DNA of 64,000 nucleotides from Alphaproteobacteria bacterium (GTDB lineage Bacteria; Pseudomonadota; Alphaproteobacteria; CAAGCB01; CAG-977): NCBI GenBank assembly GCA_900768845.1, contig CAAGEK010000064.1, positions 4,682 to 68,681 of the forward strand, read 5' to 3'. Shown piece by piece: positions 61,189 to 64,000 of this stretch (position 1 is its first letter; each line of letters starts with the position of its first letter). The notes under the pieces were generated by a model. It saw only the letters and a program-made list of their open reading frames with translations, ran no database searches and was not told where the DNA came from. The position numbers and the translations under genes were made by a program.

Positions 61189-61951
61189 TCAAAATAAAGG
61201 CGAGAGAATTGCCAAAGTCATTGCGCGTGCGGGAATCTGTTCCAGACGTGATGCGGAACGTTATATCGGCGACGGACGGGTCAGTGTCAACGGAACGGTT
61301 TTAACGTCGCCCGCTTGTCTGGTTTCCGCACGGGACGATATTCGCGTGGACGGAAAGCCTTTGCCCGCCAAAGAACAAACGCGTGTGTGGCGTTATCATA
61401 AACCTGCGGGACTGGTGACCAGTCACAAAGATCCCGAAGGGCGCAAAACCGTGTTTGACAATTTGCCGCAGGGGTTGCCGCGTGTCATTTCCATCGGCCG
61501 GCTTGATTTGAATTCGGAAGGGTTGCTTTTGCTGACGAACGACGGAGCTTTCGCCCGTGCGATGGAGCATCCTTCGACGGGGTGGGTGCGCCGTTACCGT
61601 GTCAGGATTCATGGCAGGATGACGCCGGAAATCGTTAAAAAACTGGCGGACGGCGTTTGTATCGAAGGCGTCCGTTATGCCGGCGCGCAAGTCGTCATCG
61701 ATAAGGAGCAGGGAACCAATTGCTGGTTGACCGTTTCGTTGAAAGAAGGCAAAAACCGTGAAATCCGCCGTTTGATGGAGTTTTTCGGGTTTCAGGTGAC
61801 GCGCTTGATCCGCATTGCTTACGGTCCTTTCCAGTTGGGATCCTTGGCCGAGGGGGAAGCGGACGAAATTACCGGCAAGGCTTTGCAAGAACAGCTGGGC
61901 GGTAAAATAGAGCTGAATTTGCCGAAACACAGGCATCCGAAAAAAGTATAA
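61178..61951 (+). CDS. RsuA/RluB-family rRNA pseudouridine synthase
   Basis: An S4 domain (RIAKVIARAGICSRRDAERYIGDGRVSVNG) and the catalytic GRLDLNSEGLLLLTNDG motif are present. Confidence 0.7.
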   Translation: MNSDQNKGERIAKVIARAGICSRRDAERYIGDGRVSVNGTVLTSPACLVSARDDIRVDGKPLPAKEQTRVWRYHKPAGLVTSHKDPEGRKTVFDNLPQGLPRVISIGRLDLNSEGLLLLTNDGAFARAMEHPSTGWVRRYRVRIHGRMTPEIVKKLADGVCIEGVRYAGAQVVIDKEQGTNCWLTVSLKEGKNREIRRLMEFFGFQVTRLIRIAYGPFQLGSLAEGEADEITGKALQEQLGGKIELNLPKHRHPKKV

Positions 61952-61957
61952 TACCTA

Positions 61958-63106
61958 TCATATCTTGTTTATAATATATTGTAAATATTCACTGTATCTT
62001 TGAAAAATTATATTTTTTATATATTGTTTCATATATAAATAATCGGGTTCTTCGTTATCATCGACAGGAAGCATGATGTATTGTTTTTTCATTCTTTCCT
62101 CATTAAATTTATACCCGTAGCTGTATTTTTCTTTTTGTTGAGCGATTATATTGGATAAAAACAGTAAAATTTCTGAATCATCAGTATGATTCATTAAGTG
62201 AAAACGTTTTACATCATCGCTGAAAATACAGCCGTACGGATGATAAAAAGAGTTTCCTACGCTTCCATTATAATTTACTCCTAATACATTTTTATCGTAT
62301 GAAGCATTTGTTTTTGATACAAAATAAGTGATTCCATTATTAGATACGGAAGCTCCGGCAAAAGGAATTTTACCTTCAATCATATTATGCTTTGTCAGGC
62401 GTTTTCCTGAGAAAATTTTAAATATTTCTTTAATAAAAAATGCCTTCCATTTTTTATTATGAAGAGGTATAATTGTTCTGTTCTGTTCTGTTCTGTTCTG
62501 TTCTGTTCTGTTCTGTTCTGTTCTGTTCTGTTCTGTTCTGTTCTGTTCTGTTCTGTTCTGTTCCAGCTTTTTCCTTGCATAAGCAATATAGTCTCTTCGC
62601 TTCCTATGCATTATTTCTTTTATATAATCTTCCATAAATTGATAATCAGGCCTGTTTTGTATGTTAACAGGCAATAAAATACTTTTTGATGGTAAATCCT
62701 TGCTTGAAAGTTGATTGCCATACGATGAACTTTTTGTATTATTTTTCAAACAGGATAAGATAAACAATGCAATATTTTCATTCAATTCAAAATCTTTTAA
62801 TTGTAGGCAATGAACTTTCATATCTAAACTTGCCGTATATTTATGATAAAAACAGTCTCCTAAAAAAGACACACTTATAAAATTTTTATAGCATCTATAA
62901 TTTTTATGTGTACTCTCCCAATAATTATCTATCCCATTATTCATAGATGTTACTGTAATGCGAGGAGTATATCCTGTTTTTAAATTATCTTTATTAACAT
63001 ATGCTCCTGTTGGTACTTGACGCTTATTTATATCTAAGATAAATAAATCACTAATTTTAAATTCTTTCCACGCCCTATCTGTCAACTTCATCGAAATTCT
63101 CCTCAA
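61958..63106 (-). CDS. hsdS: type I restriction-modification specificity subunit (HsdS-like) with in-frame (NRTEQ)n repeat
   Basis: It has a two-fold architecture: a variable domain followed by a conserved LPV..(R/E)PDY.(F/Y)M..YIK.I module, twice. It overlaps and lies directly downstream of an HsdM-type methyltransferase. The central region is encoded by a (GTTCT)n simple-sequence repeat. The region has low GC. Confidence 0.6.
   Translation of the reverse strand: MRRISMKLTDRAWKEFKISDLFILDINKRQVPTGAYVNKDNLKTGYTPRITVTSMNNGIDNYWESTHKNYRCYKNFISVSFLGDCFYHKYTASLDMKVHCLQLKDFELNENIALFILSCLKNNTKSSSYGNQLSSKDLPSKSILLPVNIQNRPDYQFMEDYIKEIMHRKRRDYIAYARKKLEQNRTEQNRTEQNRTEQNRTEQNRTEQNRTIIPLHNKKWKAFFIKEIFKIFSGKRLTKHNMIEGKIPFAGASVSNNGITYFVSKTNASYDKNVLGVNYNGSVGNSFYHPYGCIFSDDVKRFHLMNHTDDSEILLFLSNIIAQQKEKYSYGYKFNEERMKKQYIMLPVDDNEEPDYLYMKQYIKNIIFQRYSEYLQYIINKI
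62475..62560. repeat. pentanucleotide simple-sequence repeat (GTTCT)17 (plus a partial unit) inside hsdS
   Basis: The perfect 5-bp tandem repeat is read directly; on the coding strand it is (AGAAC)n, giving (NRTEQ)n in frame. Confidence 0.9.
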
Positions 63107-64000
63107 ACAGGTATTTACGTCCTTGCATTATCATTGAAAATTCAAACGATAAATAATCTCCGACTGTTTTTTTAAAATCCGTATCGGTCGGGATTTCATC
63201 ATTAAAATAATAAAAACTGTGTAACCACTCATCTGTATCTTCAACAGTAGTTTTGACACAGAATTTTGTATCTGTTTCTATCCTGTCAAACCATACATCT
63301 AATAAATGTTGTGTTTTATCTTTTGCAGATTCCGTTTCTAATAGACCGATATGCGGAGCAACCTTATATCCATCATCTTCAAAATTAATAAACTTGCAAA
63401 TATGCTCTTTTCTATGTGGTTTTCCAGCTGTAAATATAGCAATACAAGGCATTGTACCAACACCATAAAAGGTATCTTTATTTAAAGTTATTACGCCCTC
63501 TAATGTGTGGTGCTTTAATATATTTTCTTTAGTCGCTTGATCTTCCTTAGATTTTCCAGTCATTGTCGATTGCGGAACAATGACTGCGCATCTTCCGCCG
63601 ACTAGAAGTGAATCTAATAAATGTTCTATAAATCGTATTTCAGATAAATTTTTATCTTTTTTACCTTGACTATAAGGCGGATTCATCATTCCTATATTGC
63701 ATTCTTTTAATTGTAATTTTTTAGGATCTTGCTTTAAAAAGTCTTCGCATAATAAATTGCTTTTGCCATCACCTCTTAATATCATATTGGTTGTTGCAAT
63801 AGCAAACATATAGGGTTGTAACTCAAAGCCATGTAATTGTTTTTCTCGGATATGCTCTTTTTGGTTTACATTAGTTGCTTTATTAAGCATATTATGCATT
63901 GCGGCGATCAAAAAGCCTGCGGTTCCGCAACACGGGTCTAAAACACAATCATTTACCTGTATATCTAACAAGTCACAAAATAATTGTGTGATATGTTTCG
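63075..64000 (-). CDS. hsdM: type I restriction-modification N6-adenine DNA methyltransferase subunit (3' part; 5' end beyond window)
   Basis: HsdM motifs are present: motif I (DPCCGTAGFL), GFELQPYMFAIATTNMILRG and motif IV (NIGMMNPPYS). The ORF runs to the window edge. Confidence 0.8.
   Translation of the reverse strand, partial: KHITQLFCDLLDIQVNDCVLDPCCGTAGFLIAAMHNMLNKATNVNQKEHIREKQLHGFELQPYMFAIATTNMILRGDGKSNLLCEDFLKQDPKKLQLKECNIGMMNPPYSQGKKDKNLSEIRFIEHLLDSLLVGGRCAVIVPQSTMTGKSKEDQATKENILKHHTLEGVITLNKDTFYGVGTMPCIAIFTAGKPHRKEHICKFINFEDDGYKVAPHIGLLETESAKDKTQHLLDVWFDRIETDTKFCVKTTVEDTDEWLHSFYYFNDEIPTDTDFKKTVGDYLSFEFSMIMQGRKYLFEENFDEVDR

Noticed and set aside
62395-62677. Short ORFs translating to (CSVLF)n and (TEQNR)n
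   Set aside because: They are alternative-frame or antisense readings of the GTTCT pentanucleotide repeat inside hsdS.

Overview
The window looks alphaproteobacterial: the S10/spc/alpha ribosomal operons run into adk, glnB-glnA and glnE are present, and there is a ChpT-type phosphotransferase and an ATP12 homologue. GC is about 52-55% except for an AT-rich block at the end. Bases 1-11.2 kb carry rplP'-rpmC-rpsQ-rplN-rplX-rplE-rpsN-rpsH-rplF-rplR-rpsE-rpmD-rplO-secY-adk, then an unusual 432-aa HExxH protein where infA/rpmJ normally sit, then rpsM-rpsK-rpoA-rplQ. After rplQ comes an accessory block (11.2-14.9 kb) with three tandem paralogues of an unrecognised small-protein family plus a small acidic ORF, each with its own promoter or terminator. 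Housekeeping genes follow: rarA, an RluA-family pseudouridine synthase, an AsmA-family protein, ATP12, acyP, lipB, tRNA-Leu, a small tRNA-flanked HxlR/NTF2-like islet and tRNA-His. Next are glnB-glnA, an M48 protease, a DsbA-like protein, a 1124-aa YhdP-like protein and glnE, then a minus-strand nucleoside-salvage operon (cdd-pnp-deoC-deoA-deoB plus a divergent deoA paralogue) and upp. The remainder holds a 1455-aa AsmA-family giant with a coiled-coil and low-complexity tail, a 5'-nucleotidase, a lipoprotein, a type IV pilin, chpT next to a degenerate CheA-like protein, a cluster of secreted DUF proteins, an M23 peptidase with 66-bp tandem repeats, xseA, tadA, an SLT-domain protein and an RluB-like synthase. 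The window ends in a low-GC type I restriction-modification fragment, hsdM' then hsdS, whose hsdS carries a (GTTCT)~17 pentanucleotide repeat. No transposases or CRISPR arrays were seen.
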